This document shows positions 46,721 through 56,295 of a DNA stretch of 59,825 nt, piece after piece. The DNA lies in contig CAINDR010000054.1 in the NCBI GenBank assembly GCA_903847415.1, forward strand, positions 1-59,825, written 5' to 3'. Both the position numbers and the translations under genes were made by a program. How positions within the stretch are numbered: the first letter of the stretch is position 1; every line of letters starts with the position of its first letter. The notes beneath the pieces were generated by a model. The model was not told the DNA's origin, did not search any database, and worked only from the letters and a program-made list of their open reading frames with translations. The stretch comes from Candidatus Falkowbacteria bacterium. Its GTDB lineage: Bacteria > Patescibacteriota > Patescibacteriia > Patescibacteriales > UBA12465.

Positions 46721-47881
46721 TTGTTTTTAGCTCACGCTTTGATTAGCGGAGTAGCGATTTCTTTCTTTTTTACGACCTACACCTTATTTCTAAAGGAAAA
46801 AGGAGTGACTTTAATGGAAATGAATTTAATTAATGCCGCTTTTATGGCAGCAGTGTTTTTATTAGAAGTGCCCACAGGGGCTTTCGCTGATTTTTATGGT
46901 CGAGTTCGCTCGACTGTGATTGGCTCTTTATTACTAATGCTTTCTTTCGCCGCGTATTTCTTCTCTGATCATTTTTGGCAATTTATTAGTGCTGAATTAA
47001 TTGGTGCCTTGGGTCATTCTTTGATTTCTGGGGCAACAAGATCATGGTTCGTCGACTGGCTAAATCACCTAGACATTGGTGCTAAAAGTAAAAAAATCTT
47101 TGAACACCAAACCAGTCTCAGTCAACTAGGTATCGTTATTGGCGCTTGGGTAGGTAGTCAGCTGGGAAGCTACGATTTATCTTGGCCCTGGCTCGCCTCC
47201 GGATTTTCTTTTTTATTAGTCGCTATTTTTGTTTCTTTTTGGCCGGAAAATCATGGTCAGAAAAAAAATGAAAAAATCTGCTTAGCTCCGATTATCAGAA
47301 TCGCCAAAGAAGGATTACGCTTTAGTTTGAAAAGGAAAGATATTTTATATATCTCGCTTTTCTCTGCCCTCTTAGCCTTTTCTATTCAGGGAGTAAATAT
47401 GTATTGGAGTATCTTTTTCACCGAAAAAGGACTGACTATTAGTCGACTGGGACCGATGTTTATGGGAGTGTCACTAGCAATGATTGTGGGTGCCAATCTC
47501 GGAAAATTAATCCCTAAAAAATATGAGGCAAAAAGATTCTTCTTAATTTTACCCCAATTAATCACTGGAATAGCAATTATTGGTTTGTCTTTTTCACTAA
47601 AGAATCCATTCTTAATTTCGTTATTTCTGATTCATGAAGCGGGACGCGGATTTTTCAAGCCACTTAAAGACTACCAAATTAACTTAGCTGCTCCAGAGAA
47701 AATCAGAGCAACCGTTAATTCTTTTAGCTCGATGCTAGAAAAGTTGGGAGCCTTTCTGGGTTTATTATTCTCTGGCTGGCTGGCTCAAACTCTTTCAATT
47801 GGAACTTCTTGGCTCGCTAGCGGTGTTATCCTGAGTGTTGGTACGCTTCTTTTCTTTCTCTTTAGGAAGAAGCGCCACTAA
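46721..47881 (+). CDS. MFS transporter
   Basis: Multi-TM ORF with EVPTGAFADFYGRVRS motif A. The listed start is TTG. An ATG at 46699 is one frame off across an A9 run. Confidence 0.8.
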   Translation: MFLAHALISGVAISFFFTTYTLFLKEKGVTLMEMNLINAAFMAAVFLLEVPTGAFADFYGRVRSTVIGSLLLMLSFAAYFFSDHFWQFISAELIGALGHSLISGATRSWFVDWLNHLDIGAKSKKIFEHQTSLSQLGIVIGAWVGSQLGSYDLSWPWLASGFSFLLVAIFVSFWPENHGQKKNEKICLAPIIRIAKEGLRFSLKRKDILYISLFSALLAFSIQGVNMYWSIFFTEKGLTISRLGPMFMGVSLAMIVGANLGKLIPKKYEAKRFFLILPQLITGIAIIGLSFSLKNPFLISLFLIHEAGRGFFKPLKDYQINLAAPEKIRATVNSFSSMLEKLGAFLGLLFSGWLAQTLSIGTSWLASGVILSVGTLLFFLFRKKRH

Positions 47882-47885
47882 CAAA

Positions 47886-47914
47886 AAAGGAGCTTTATTA
47901 ATTAAAGCTCCTCT
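47886..47914. terminator. bidirectional terminator between the MFS gene and the GT-C-like gene
   Basis: AGGAGCTTTA-ttaat-TAAAGCTCCT. Confidence 0.6.
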
Positions 47915-47929
47915 TTGTCTTGTAAAAAT

Positions 47930-49447
47930 CTATAATTCAATTAAAGCCCCATTTTCATGTTGATAGATTGGTGCTAATTTTTTCAGAATTGGTAAAATTT
48001 TATTTAAATCACCACGCAAACCATAAGTTTCAATAACTCTTCGCTCTGGAAAGAAGATTTTATCACTACGACTGGTGATAATAATTGCCTGATCTGGTAA
48101 ATCTTTCAGAAGCTTTGCGGCCATAATCCGATTTGCAGAAACCTTTCGGCGCACAGCTAAAATATTATTTGGATCGGAAAATAAAATTTGCTGAAAACTA
48201 ATTGCACTAAAAATTATTAAGACCACCAAGCTAAAATATTTTAATTTCCAGCGACGAGAAACTTCATCAATCACCAAGGAAACAAAGGGCAAGCTTAGAA
48301 CAAATAAAATTAACCAATAACGAACATAAGAAGCTCCTAGCTGGTTAAGGCGCAAAGTTCGCAAATCTTCAAATTGCCAAGAACCATAGTAGTTAAGCAA
48401 CCAAACAAAAATAAAGATAGTTAGCCAAAAATAAAGCTTTGAACTTTTCGTTTGCTCTCGCCATTTTTTTAAATAAAGAAAAATACCAAAAACTGAAAAC
48501 AAGGCGGTGAAAGGTGAACTTAAAATAAAATAATGCCAAAAATTAGAAACAGCCAACCAGGGGTGAAAACCAAAAGGAATCAGAGCCTGCTTTAATAATC
48601 GAATAACTGGGTTAGTTTGAATAACTAATTCTGGTAATTTATCATAACCGGAAATGAGAAAGCTGCCATAAATTAATTCCTGAAAAAATAAAGAAGGAAA
48701 AATTGCCAACCACGCACCAAGAATCATCACAACAACACCCAATAAGCTGAATTCTTTTTTCTTACTTACTAAAATCACAAAATAAATCAGTGCCAACCAA
48801 ACAAACTCCGCTGGTCTAATCGCTAAAGCCAATCCAGAAAAAAGACCAAAAGCCCCCCATAAGCAAAGCTGATTTTTCTTTAAATAAATTAAGACCGCCA
48901 AACTGATCAAAACAAAGGAGGTAAAAGGCACATTTGGCAGTAATGATTCAAAAGAATAATATTGCCAAGGAGCGCTAAACAAAAGAAGAATGGAGGAAAA
49001 AAGCGCAATTTTTTCCGAAGAAAATACTTTTTTAAGTAAAAAATAAAAAGCCCAAACACCCCCAAGCATGACAAGCGGCGTAAAATAAATAATCGCCCCT
49101 AGTCCAAAGAACTTTGCCAAAAAAGCATATAGAATAATTAATCCCAAAAAACTACCAGGAACCAATGATCCTGAAAAATTAACGTTAAAGCTACGGGGAT
49201 GAACTAGGTTGTCGGCAAATGAATTGACTGGCTCAGGGATCGCTAAGCGATGATTGGTGCTTAATTCCCTAACCCAAAAATAATTAGCAACTTCATCTGG
49301 CCAATCAAATTTTGGACCATTTTCTAGCTCTAATTTAATTGGAGTAATCACAATAAACTGAAAAATCAAAAATAAAACTGAAAAAGAGAGTAAAATTTTC
49401 AGTGGTGAAAAATGAATTGTTTTTAATCGATGAAAAAAATTAATCAT
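47930..49447 (-). CDS. polytopic membrane protein, candidate GT-C fold (ArnT/PMT-like) glycosyltransferase
   Basis: 505 aa with more than 10 TM helices and a soluble C-terminal tail. The family assignment is inference from architecture only. Confidence 0.5.
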   Translation of the reverse strand: MINFFHRLKTIHFSPLKILLSFSVLFLIFQFIVITPIKLELENGPKFDWPDEVANYFWVRELSTNHRLAIPEPVNSFADNLVHPRSFNVNFSGSLVPGSFLGLIILYAFLAKFFGLGAIIYFTPLVMLGGVWAFYFLLKKVFSSEKIALFSSILLLFSAPWQYYSFESLLPNVPFTSFVLISLAVLIYLKKNQLCLWGAFGLFSGLALAIRPAEFVWLALIYFVILVSKKKEFSLLGVVVMILGAWLAIFPSLFFQELIYGSFLISGYDKLPELVIQTNPVIRLLKQALIPFGFHPWLAVSNFWHYFILSSPFTALFSVFGIFLYLKKWREQTKSSKLYFWLTIFIFVWLLNYYGSWQFEDLRTLRLNQLGASYVRYWLILFVLSLPFVSLVIDEVSRRWKLKYFSLVVLIIFSAISFQQILFSDPNNILAVRRKVSANRIMAAKLLKDLPDQAIIITSRSDKIFFPERRVIETYGLRGDLNKILPILKKLAPIYQHENGALIEL

Positions 49448-49457
49448 AATTTTAAAG

Positions 49458-52121
49458 TTATTTTTTTCTTTTCGAAAAATAAAATTTTACTAGCTCAAGC
49501 ATTGCTAGATTAATAATTGCAATTAAACACACCAGAAGCCAGATATTAGGCTTCAGCGGGTTTGTACTAAGTAGACGATTAAAAAATGGCAAATAAATTG
49601 CTAGAAACATCAAGGTTACTCCAGCAAAAAAAGCTAGCAACAAATAAGGATTACGGAGGTGATTAGTTTTAAAAATAGAAGTACTTAAATTTCTAATACT
49701 AAAAATACTCAATAATGATTTAAAGATCACAATCGCAAAAAAGACACTGCGCAAATAATCTTCACTCCAAGTTAAAATATTTAATCTGGTAGCTAAATAA
49801 TAATATAAAATAAAAATTCCCAAATCACGAAAAATTCCCACACCTAAAATAATCACTTTCATTTGATCATTAAAAATTGGCTCCTTTCTTTTTATCGGTT
49901 TGCGATCCATCACATCTTCATCGCCACCTTCAAAAGCCAAAGAAAAATTTGGCAAACCATCGTTAACAATATTAATCCAAAGAATTTGAGTTGGGAGAAG
50001 AGCTAATGGTAAATGAAACAAAATTGAACCCAGAATTAAAAACATTTCCGAAAACGAATCAGCAATAAGATAAGTGAGAGATTTTCTAATGTTATCAAAA
50101 ATAATTCGCCCTTGCTTGATTGCTCCGACAATCACGCTAAAATTATCATCTAGTAAAACTAGATCAGCAGTTTCTTTGGCAACCTCTGTCCCCGAACCAA
50201 GACACACGCCAATATCTGCCGCCTTAAGAGCCGGAGAATCATTGAGTCCGTCACCGGTCATGGCTACCACTTCTCGATTATGCTTCAAAGCTTTGACGAT
50301 TCTAATTTTATGCTCTGGGCTAACTCGCGCAAAAACAGAAACCTGGCGAACCAAGTCTCGCAAATCATGATCGCTAGTTTGATCTAAAATATCACCAGTG
50401 ATAATTCTCCCATTTTTGGAAGTAATTTTTAATTCTGTAGCAATAGAAAAAGCAGTACCGGGATGATCACCAGTAATAATAATTGGCCTAATACCCGCTT
50501 TTTTACACAAAGCAATCGTTGCCTTTGCCTCCTTTCTCAAGGGATCTCGAAAAGTAGCGAAAGCAACAAAAATAAGCTTTTGATCAACTAAACTCCAGTC
50601 TTTCTGCTCTGACTTAACGTCAAAAGTATTTTTTTTCAATTCACGTTTTGCTAAGGCGATTACGCGAAAACCCTGGGCAGTAAGAGCTTCATATTTTTTT
50701 AAGATCTTTTCACGATCAATTGTTGTTAAGGTTTTTAATTCGCCATTACTCTGAAAATGAGAACATTTTTTTAAAACAATTTCACCAGCTCCCTTTTCAT
50801 ACAAGATCGGGCCATTAATTCCTTGATGCAAGCTGATCATGAATTTTTTATCGCTACTAAAAGGGAGTTCCGCTAGGCGAGGTGATTTTTCAAGAAATGA
50901 TTCTCGACTCCAACCCAAATTAGCAGCAGTCTTTAAAAAAGACACTTCTAAAGCTGAGCCAAGGTCACGACCGCCACTTCCGGCCAAAACGGCATTATTA
51001 CACAAGAGGCCAATTTGAAAAGCTTCCCCAAAATCCACCAGTTGATTCAGTTTTTTTTCATCCAATAGATGAACGATTTTAAATTGCTCAAAGAAAGAAT
51101 GAATCTCTTCTAGCTTCATTATCCCCTCGGTGAGGGTGCCGGTCTTGTCGGAGCAAATAACCGTAATTGAACCCAAAGTTTCAGCAGCCAAGAGTTTTCT
51201 GGTTAATGCCTTTTTCTTGACCGTCTGATGCATCCCCAAGGCTAAAATAACCGTTACCGCCACTGACATTCCTTCAGGGATAATAGCCACAGCAATCGCG
51301 ACTGAAGCGGAAAAAATAGAAATAATTGGAAAACCATTTAAGATGCCCGCCAAAAAGACAATCGCACAAATAAACAAGGTGGTAATTCCTAAAAATTTTG
51401 AAATACCAGTCAGTCTTTCCTGAAGTGGTGTTGATTCATTTTCAGTATTTTTAACCATTTCAGAAATTTTACCAATTTCTGTATTTCGACCAGTAGCCAC
51501 AACGACTGCTAAGCCATTTCCGTTAAGAATATTCGTACCAGCAAAAACCATACTTCTCCGATCAGCAAGAGCAACGCCTTTCTCACTGGGTTGAACACTC
51601 TTATGCACTGCTGAAGATTCGCCAGTTAAACTAGCTTCATTTGCTTCTAATTCAGAAACTTCAAACAATCGAGCGTCCGCGAGCACAAACCGTCCTGGTC
51701 GCAAAATTAAAACATCACCAGGAACTAAATCAGCAGCCAAAACTTCTACATCAAGTCCATCTCTTCTGACCAGAGCTCGATATTCAATCATTAATTTTAA
51801 TTTATTTAAGGCTCGATTAGCCTTATCTTCCTGAAAATAACCAATGAACACATTGATCACAACAGCAGCGATAATCACTTGCGCATCAGCCCCTTCTCCC
51901 ACAAAAAATGACAGAGCAGCGGCAATCAATAAGATAAAAATCAAGGAATTATTAAATTGACCAAGAAAAACTTTCCACCGACTATAAGGTTTCTCTTTAC
52001 TTAAAATATTCAAACCATGCTCTTTTAATCTATTTTCCGCCTCTTCTTTTGATAAGCCAGATTCGGAAGAATTAAGCATCCGAAAAACCTCATCGCTTAA
52101 TAAATAATAAAATTCGAGCAT
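49458..52121 (-). CDS. P-type (type II-like) cation-transporting ATPase
   Basis: TGES, ICSDKTGTLTEG, MTGDGLNDSPALKAADIG, N-terminal cation-ATPase domain LSKEEAENRLKEHGLN. Confidence 0.92.
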   Translation of the reverse strand: MLEFYYLLSDEVFRMLNSSESGLSKEEAENRLKEHGLNILSKEKPYSRWKVFLGQFNNSLIFILLIAAALSFFVGEGADAQVIIAAVVINVFIGYFQEDKANRALNKLKLMIEYRALVRRDGLDVEVLAADLVPGDVLILRPGRFVLADARLFEVSELEANEASLTGESSAVHKSVQPSEKGVALADRRSMVFAGTNILNGNGLAVVVATGRNTEIGKISEMVKNTENESTPLQERLTGISKFLGITTLFICAIVFLAGILNGFPIISIFSASVAIAVAIIPEGMSVAVTVILALGMHQTVKKKALTRKLLAAETLGSITVICSDKTGTLTEGIMKLEEIHSFFEQFKIVHLLDEKKLNQLVDFGEAFQIGLLCNNAVLAGSGGRDLGSALEVSFLKTAANLGWSRESFLEKSPRLAELPFSSDKKFMISLHQGINGPILYEKGAGEIVLKKCSHFQSNGELKTLTTIDREKILKKYEALTAQGFRVIALAKRELKKNTFDVKSEQKDWSLVDQKLIFVAFATFRDPLRKEAKATIALCKKAGIRPIIITGDHPGTAFSIATELKITSKNGRIITGDILDQTSDHDLRDLVRQVSVFARVSPEHKIRIVKALKHNREVVAMTGDGLNDSPALKAADIGVCLGSGTEVAKETADLVLLDDNFSVIVGAIKQGRIIFDNIRKSLTYLIADSFSEMFLILGSILFHLPLALLPTQILWINIVNDGLPNFSLAFEGGDEDVMDRKPIKRKEPIFNDQMKVIILGVGIFRDLGIFILYYYLATRLNILTWSEDYLRSVFFAIVIFKSLLSIFSIRNLSTSIFKTNHLRNPYLLLAFFAGVTLMFLAIYLPFFNRLLSTNPLKPNIWLLVCLIAIINLAMLELVKFYFSKRKK

Positions 52122-52140
52122 AAAAATTTAGTTTACCAAT

Positions 52141-53427
52141 CTATTGAAAGAAACTATAAAACATGGAAAGTGACGCCAAAGACATAATTACAAAAGTAAG
52201 CCAGACCAAGCCAGTGGAAATTATTCCGCTACGATACTCTCCCATGATTTTCTTATTTCTAGCGATTTTAGCAACCAAGAATAATAATGGAACCGCAGCC
52301 ACTCCGTTGAATACTGCTGCAAAGACCAAGGCTTTCATTGGATCAATATTTAGGAAATTAATCATTAAGCCAATTAGCGTTGCAATTGTAATTACTCCAT
52401 AAAAACCATGAGCTCTTTTAAATTTGAGATTTAAACCATCGCGCCAATTCATTGCCTCCGAAAGAGCGTAAGCAGCCGAGCCAGAAAGGACTGGCACCGC
52501 CAAAAGACCCAAGCCAATGATTCCAAAAGCAAATAAAGCTTTTGCCAAAATACCAGAATAAGGGAAAGATTGAACTAACGGCTCTAAAGCACGAGCGGCG
52601 TCCGCGGCTGTGCCGATGTTAGTGACTCCATTATTATGCAGCACTGTTCCGGCCAAAACAATAATACACCAAGCTGCTGACTGAGAAGCAAGCATGCCGA
52701 TAAAATTATCTACCCGCAAATCTTTCAAAAAATTTTTCAAACCGCGTGGGCGATCATTTCGACGAATCAAGTGACGAGCTCTCTCCTCCTCTACTTCTTG
52801 AGAGGCCTCCCAAAAAAACATGTAAGGAGAAATTGTGGTTCCAAGCACACCGGTAATCACAAAAAAGAAAGCAAAAGAAAATTCAATATTGGGGATAAAA
52901 GTGGCCCTCACAATCTCGTCCCAAGGTTGAGAAACCAAAAGAACAGAGATTGGATAAGCTAATAAAGAAATAATAAACCACTTCAAAATTTTTGAATAAG
53001 TACGGTAAGAAACAAAAATTTCTAAAACTAAAATTAAAGCTGTGAAGAATAATAAAAGAATTGAAAAGTTAACCGGCAGTAATAATTGAGCTGCTTCAGC
53101 CATTGCACCAATATTCGCCCCAATATTAATTGTATTTGCAACTAACACTAAACCAACTACAAAGAATAAAACCTTTTTACTGTAATATTGTTTAATAACC
53201 GCTGCTAAACCCTTCCCGTTCACTGCACCAATTCTGGCGCAAGATTCCTGAACAGCAACCATCAGTGGGAATAACCAAGCCATTGACCATAACTGTCCAT
53301 AACCAAATTGAGCACCAGTCTGAGAATAAGTCGCAATTCCAGATGGATCATCATCAGCTGCTCCTGTAACAATTCCCGGTCCAGCGACCTTAAAAAATTT
53401 CTTGATTTTCTTCAAAACTTTGTACAT
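52141..53427 (-). CDS. Nramp-superfamily (COG1914-type) metal transporter with a non-canonical TM1 motif
   Basis: GPGIVTGAADDDPSGIATYSQTGAQFGY, and 11 predicted TM helices. Confidence 0.8.
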   Translation of the reverse strand: MYKVLKKIKKFFKVAGPGIVTGAADDDPSGIATYSQTGAQFGYGQLWSMAWLFPLMVAVQESCARIGAVNGKGLAAVIKQYYSKKVLFFVVGLVLVANTINIGANIGAMAEAAQLLLPVNFSILLLFFTALILVLEIFVSYRTYSKILKWFIISLLAYPISVLLVSQPWDEIVRATFIPNIEFSFAFFFVITGVLGTTISPYMFFWEASQEVEEERARHLIRRNDRPRGLKNFLKDLRVDNFIGMLASQSAAWCIIVLAGTVLHNNGVTNIGTAADAARALEPLVQSFPYSGILAKALFAFGIIGLGLLAVPVLSGSAAYALSEAMNWRDGLNLKFKRAHGFYGVITIATLIGLMINFLNIDPMKALVFAAVFNGVAAVPLLFLVAKIARNKKIMGEYRSGIISTGLVWLTFVIMSLASLSMFYSFFQ

Positions 53428-53510
53428 AAAAACGGATCTTTTAATTATTAGATATTTACCAGAATATTATAACAAAGAAAAACATAATTAAAAAATAAAT
53501 TTACTTCTAT

Positions 53511-53539
53511 TTGACAAATAACCACTTTATTTGTAAGAT
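53511..53539 (+). promoter_or_regulatory. sigma70-type promoter for 53575..54102
   Basis: TTGACA (53511-53516), 17 nt, TAAGAT (53534-53539). Confidence 0.5.
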
Positions 53540-53574
53540 ACTTGAAACCAGATTTTTAACAAATATATCAAACC

Positions 53575-54102
53575 ATGAAAAAAATAATAGAAGTTAACAG
53601 AGGACCTGGGCATCTTTTTCCCAAAAAGTTTGAAGATGAATATGGAAAATTTTCAATTAATGACTGCAACCAACGGTCTTATGAAGTAAACCGATTTTCC
53701 TTAAACGATTTAATTTTTTTGCAACACCCATATTCAAAAAAGTTAATCTGTGGCTCAGAATTTGAGGCATGGATCAAAAAACAAGGATTTGTGCCTTTGG
53801 ATATTTTTCAGGCAAGAACTATTTTTAGTAAAAGAGAAACATTAAAAGCTTTAATCGAAAAATGGCGCCAAGAGTGGTGGGAATTGCGCAAGCCAAATTT
53901 TTTAGCAACAATCAACTTCTTTGGCAGCACAACCTTTAAAGAGGGTGGCGATGGGGTATTTCATATTCCCTGCTTTAAATTAGCTCGACAATGTTGTTGT
54001 GAACTAGAAGAAATGGTGGCTTACGAAAACACGAAGTGGATGGGGCAAAATGATTTTGCCTTAGTCTTCAAAAAAGAATTTATTAAACAACTGGGAATTT
54101 AA
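53575..54102 (+). CDS. hypothetical protein
   Basis: 175-aa ORF with its own consensus promoter and hairpin terminator. No motif recognised. Confidence 0.55.
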   Translation: MKKIIEVNRGPGHLFPKKFEDEYGKFSINDCNQRSYEVNRFSLNDLIFLQHPYSKKLICGSEFEAWIKKQGFVPLDIFQARTIFSKRETLKALIEKWRQEWWELRKPNFLATINFFGSTTFKEGGDGVFHIPCFKLARQCCCELEEMVAYENTKWMGQNDFALVFKKEFIKQLGI

Positions 54103-54117
54103 AAAAGTTCCCAAAAA

Positions 54118-54160
54118 TCAAAAGACGGAACAAGCATTATGCTCACTCCGTCTTTTTTAT
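54118..54160. terminator. bidirectional terminator between 53575..54102 and the ABC-F gene
   Basis: AAAGACGGA ... TCCGTCTTT with an inner AGCAT/ATGCT pairing, followed by T6. Confidence 0.65.
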
Positions 54161-54179
54161 TTTCTCTATTTGTAATATC

Positions 54180-55634
54180 TTATAACTTCCCAAATTCAAA
54201 ATAATCATCAATTTTGAGTTGCTTCACAAAATCTTCCATATGACTAACAATAATCACCGCTCCTTCATATTTATTAATCGCTTCAGCAATTACTGGTAAA
54301 TGACGAAAGTTAATATGATTAGTTGGCTCATCAAAAATCAGGATACCTGGCTTCATTAAGACCAAACGAGCAAAGGAAACCAAGCCTTTCTGTCCTTCGG
54401 AAAGTTCAGAAATTTTACTACCCATTAATTCACCATTGATTAGAAAACCAGCGGCAATTGATCTCATTTCCGGAACATCCAAACCGTCAGCCATCGAATC
54501 TTTCAGAGAGTCAAAAACTGTTTGATTGAAATCGAGAGTCGAAAAATCTTGGCTATAATAACCAAGTCTCACTCCCGACATAATTTTTGCTCCTTCATAA
54601 TTTCCAGCCGCTAGTGTGCGCAAGAAAGTGGATTTACCGATACCATTGGGGCCGGAAACTAAAATATGATCTTGACGGCCAATTTTTCTAACAAAATCTT
54701 TATCAGTTGCTTCGTGATTCTTAATAATTTTTACTGACTTAATTTCAGCAACTGTGCCAGACAAATCTTCTTGGCAAGGAATAGTGAAATCACGAATGGT
54801 TTTATCCTCTCGACGAACGTCAACCATATCTTCTTCAAGTTCTTCGGTTTCAGTTCTCATTTTCTTAGCTAATTTTCTCATCTTACCACCTTTATTAGCA
54901 AAAAAGTTTACCTTCTCTTTTCGGTCTTTAATTAATTTCTCTAATTGAGCATTTTTGCGCTCTTCTCTTTCTACCCGATCTTTAATTTCTTCAACTACTG
55001 AATAATAATCGCCAACATAGATTTCAGTTTGATGAGTATAACCATCTAAATAAATAACCCCCTCGGTGAAACAATTTAAAAAGTCAGCATCATGAGAAAT
55101 CACTAAAACAGTTTTGTCATACATGATAATAAATTGAATCAAGTGATCAATCCCAGCGGCATCAAGGTTATTTGTTGGTTCATCAAGCAATAAAATATCT
55201 GGATTTTGAATCAAGGCATAAGCTAAAAGCAAGCGAGCTTGTTGACCGCCAGAAAGCTCGCCAACAATCCGATCCAAAGGAATCTCAAAATTAACCGCAT
55301 TCAAGGCCTTGCTAATCAGACTACGTAAAGCTGGCGGAACTGGTGTGAAGGCTTGAGCAAAATACTGCTCAACATTGAGAGCAAGTTCATCCTGACCAAT
55401 CACCTGTTTTGCAGTGCCAATGGTTGCTCCGTTTTTAATCGAAATTGCACCGTTTTTTGGTTTTAACTCACCACGAATTAAGCCAAAAATCGTGCTCTTT
55501 CCTGCCCCATTTTGCCCCATGAGAGTTATTTTTGAGCCTGAACGCAAAGAAAAACTTGCTTCATGCAAGATTGGTTTCTTGTGTACATATTCAAAATCGA
55601 CTTCGCTAAAACGAAGGACTACTTCTTCAGCCAT
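54180..55634 (-). CDS. ABC-F family ATPase (two ABC domains, no TM domain)
   Basis: GQNGAGKST and GPNGIGKST Walker A motifs, LSGGQQARL and LSEGQKGLV signatures, charged inter-domain linker. Confidence 0.85.
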   Translation of the reverse strand: MAEEVVLRFSEVDFEYVHKKPILHEASFSLRSGSKITLMGQNGAGKSTIFGLIRGELKPKNGAISIKNGATIGTAKQVIGQDELALNVEQYFAQAFTPVPPALRSLISKALNAVNFEIPLDRIVGELSGGQQARLLLAYALIQNPDILLLDEPTNNLDAAGIDHLIQFIIMYDKTVLVISHDADFLNCFTEGVIYLDGYTHQTEIYVGDYYSVVEEIKDRVEREERKNAQLEKLIKDRKEKVNFFANKGGKMRKLAKKMRTETEELEEDMVDVRREDKTIRDFTIPCQEDLSGTVAEIKSVKIIKNHEATDKDFVRKIGRQDHILVSGPNGIGKSTFLRTLAAGNYEGAKIMSGVRLGYYSQDFSTLDFNQTVFDSLKDSMADGLDVPEMRSIAAGFLINGELMGSKISELSEGQKGLVSFARLVLMKPGILIFDEPTNHINFRHLPVIAEAINKYEGAVIIVSHMEDFVKQLKIDDYFEFGKL

Positions 55635-55689
55635 AAGATATTAGATAAATTTATTGATTTCTTAGTGTAACAGAAAAGCTCAAAAAAAG

Positions 55690-55716
55690 CAAAAAGTCGC
55701 CAAAAAAGACGACTTA
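55690..55716 (-). terminator. candidate terminator after 55738..56130
   Basis: On the minus strand: AAGTCG-tcttttttgg-CGACTT followed by TTTT. Confidence 0.45.
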
Positions 55717-55737
55717 TTACCTAAAATTTAATGAATT

Positions 55738-56130
55738 TTATTGGTTAATGGTTGTTGTTGCTGGGACGGAACCCTCAACTTCTGGAACTTGAGTTTCTGG
55801 GACACCTGCTGGCATATTACCAGGGCCAGAACCATCTCTAGGGCCAGATCCACGGTTTGAATCACGCATCATTGGGCAAGAGTCTTTTTCCCCACCACAT
55901 TGACCAGATCCTTCACGATTAAAGCTATTGGCATTCTTTTGATTAAGGTATCTACCCTCTGAGCGATCACCAAAACGAGCGCCAATGCTAACACCAATTA
56001 AAAATACCACCAAGGCAACTGCGATTGCCATTGCGATTTTTAGCCATTTTTTATGACATGCGCACTTACCGCCGGAACAGCAAGCGTCTTTTGTGTTTTC
56101 TTCCATAGATATTAAAATATTAGAGGCCAA
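55738..56130 (-). CDS. small membrane protein with a Cys-rich N-terminus and a Gly/Pro/Ser-rich tail
   Basis: DACCSGGKCACHKKW, TM helix IAMAIAVALVVFLIGVSIG, then GSGPRDGSGPGNMPAG. The start may be the internal MEEN at 56106. Confidence 0.5.
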   Translation of the reverse strand: MASNILISMEENTKDACCSGGKCACHKKWLKIAMAIAVALVVFLIGVSIGARFGDRSEGRYLNQKNANSFNREGSGQCGGEKDSCPMMRDSNRGSGPRDGSGPGNMPAGVPETQVPEVEGSVPATTTINQ

Positions 56131-56267
56131 ACGGCCATTTACTAGTTATACGCAAGTGAAAGGAAAAAAATTTTAGTCCCCACACCATTAAATAAGATTA
56201 TAGCTCAAAGAACTTTTGATTAACAGTTTTATTGTTAAAATCATAAATTAATAAAATACTTGGCTGT

Positions 56268-56295
56268 TTGACATCTTTCTAAATTTTGCTAAAAT
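56268..56295 (+). promoter_or_regulatory. sigma70-type promoter upstream of the tRNA-Asn gene
   Basis: TTGACA (56268-56273), 16 nt, TGcTAAAAT (-10 at 56290-56295). The tRNA starts at 56359. Confidence 0.5.

Noticed and set aside
208-55644. Numerous 60-150-aa ORFs in the track lying antisense to or overlapping long genes (e.g. 208..543, 1551..1796, 6496..6783, 34119..34511, 38652..38918, 45638..46084, 50074..50370, 55414..55644).
   Set aside because: Each is embedded in a longer ORF with clear family motifs on the other strand or frame. Their compositions are typical of shadow frames, and none has its own promoter, RBS or terminator.
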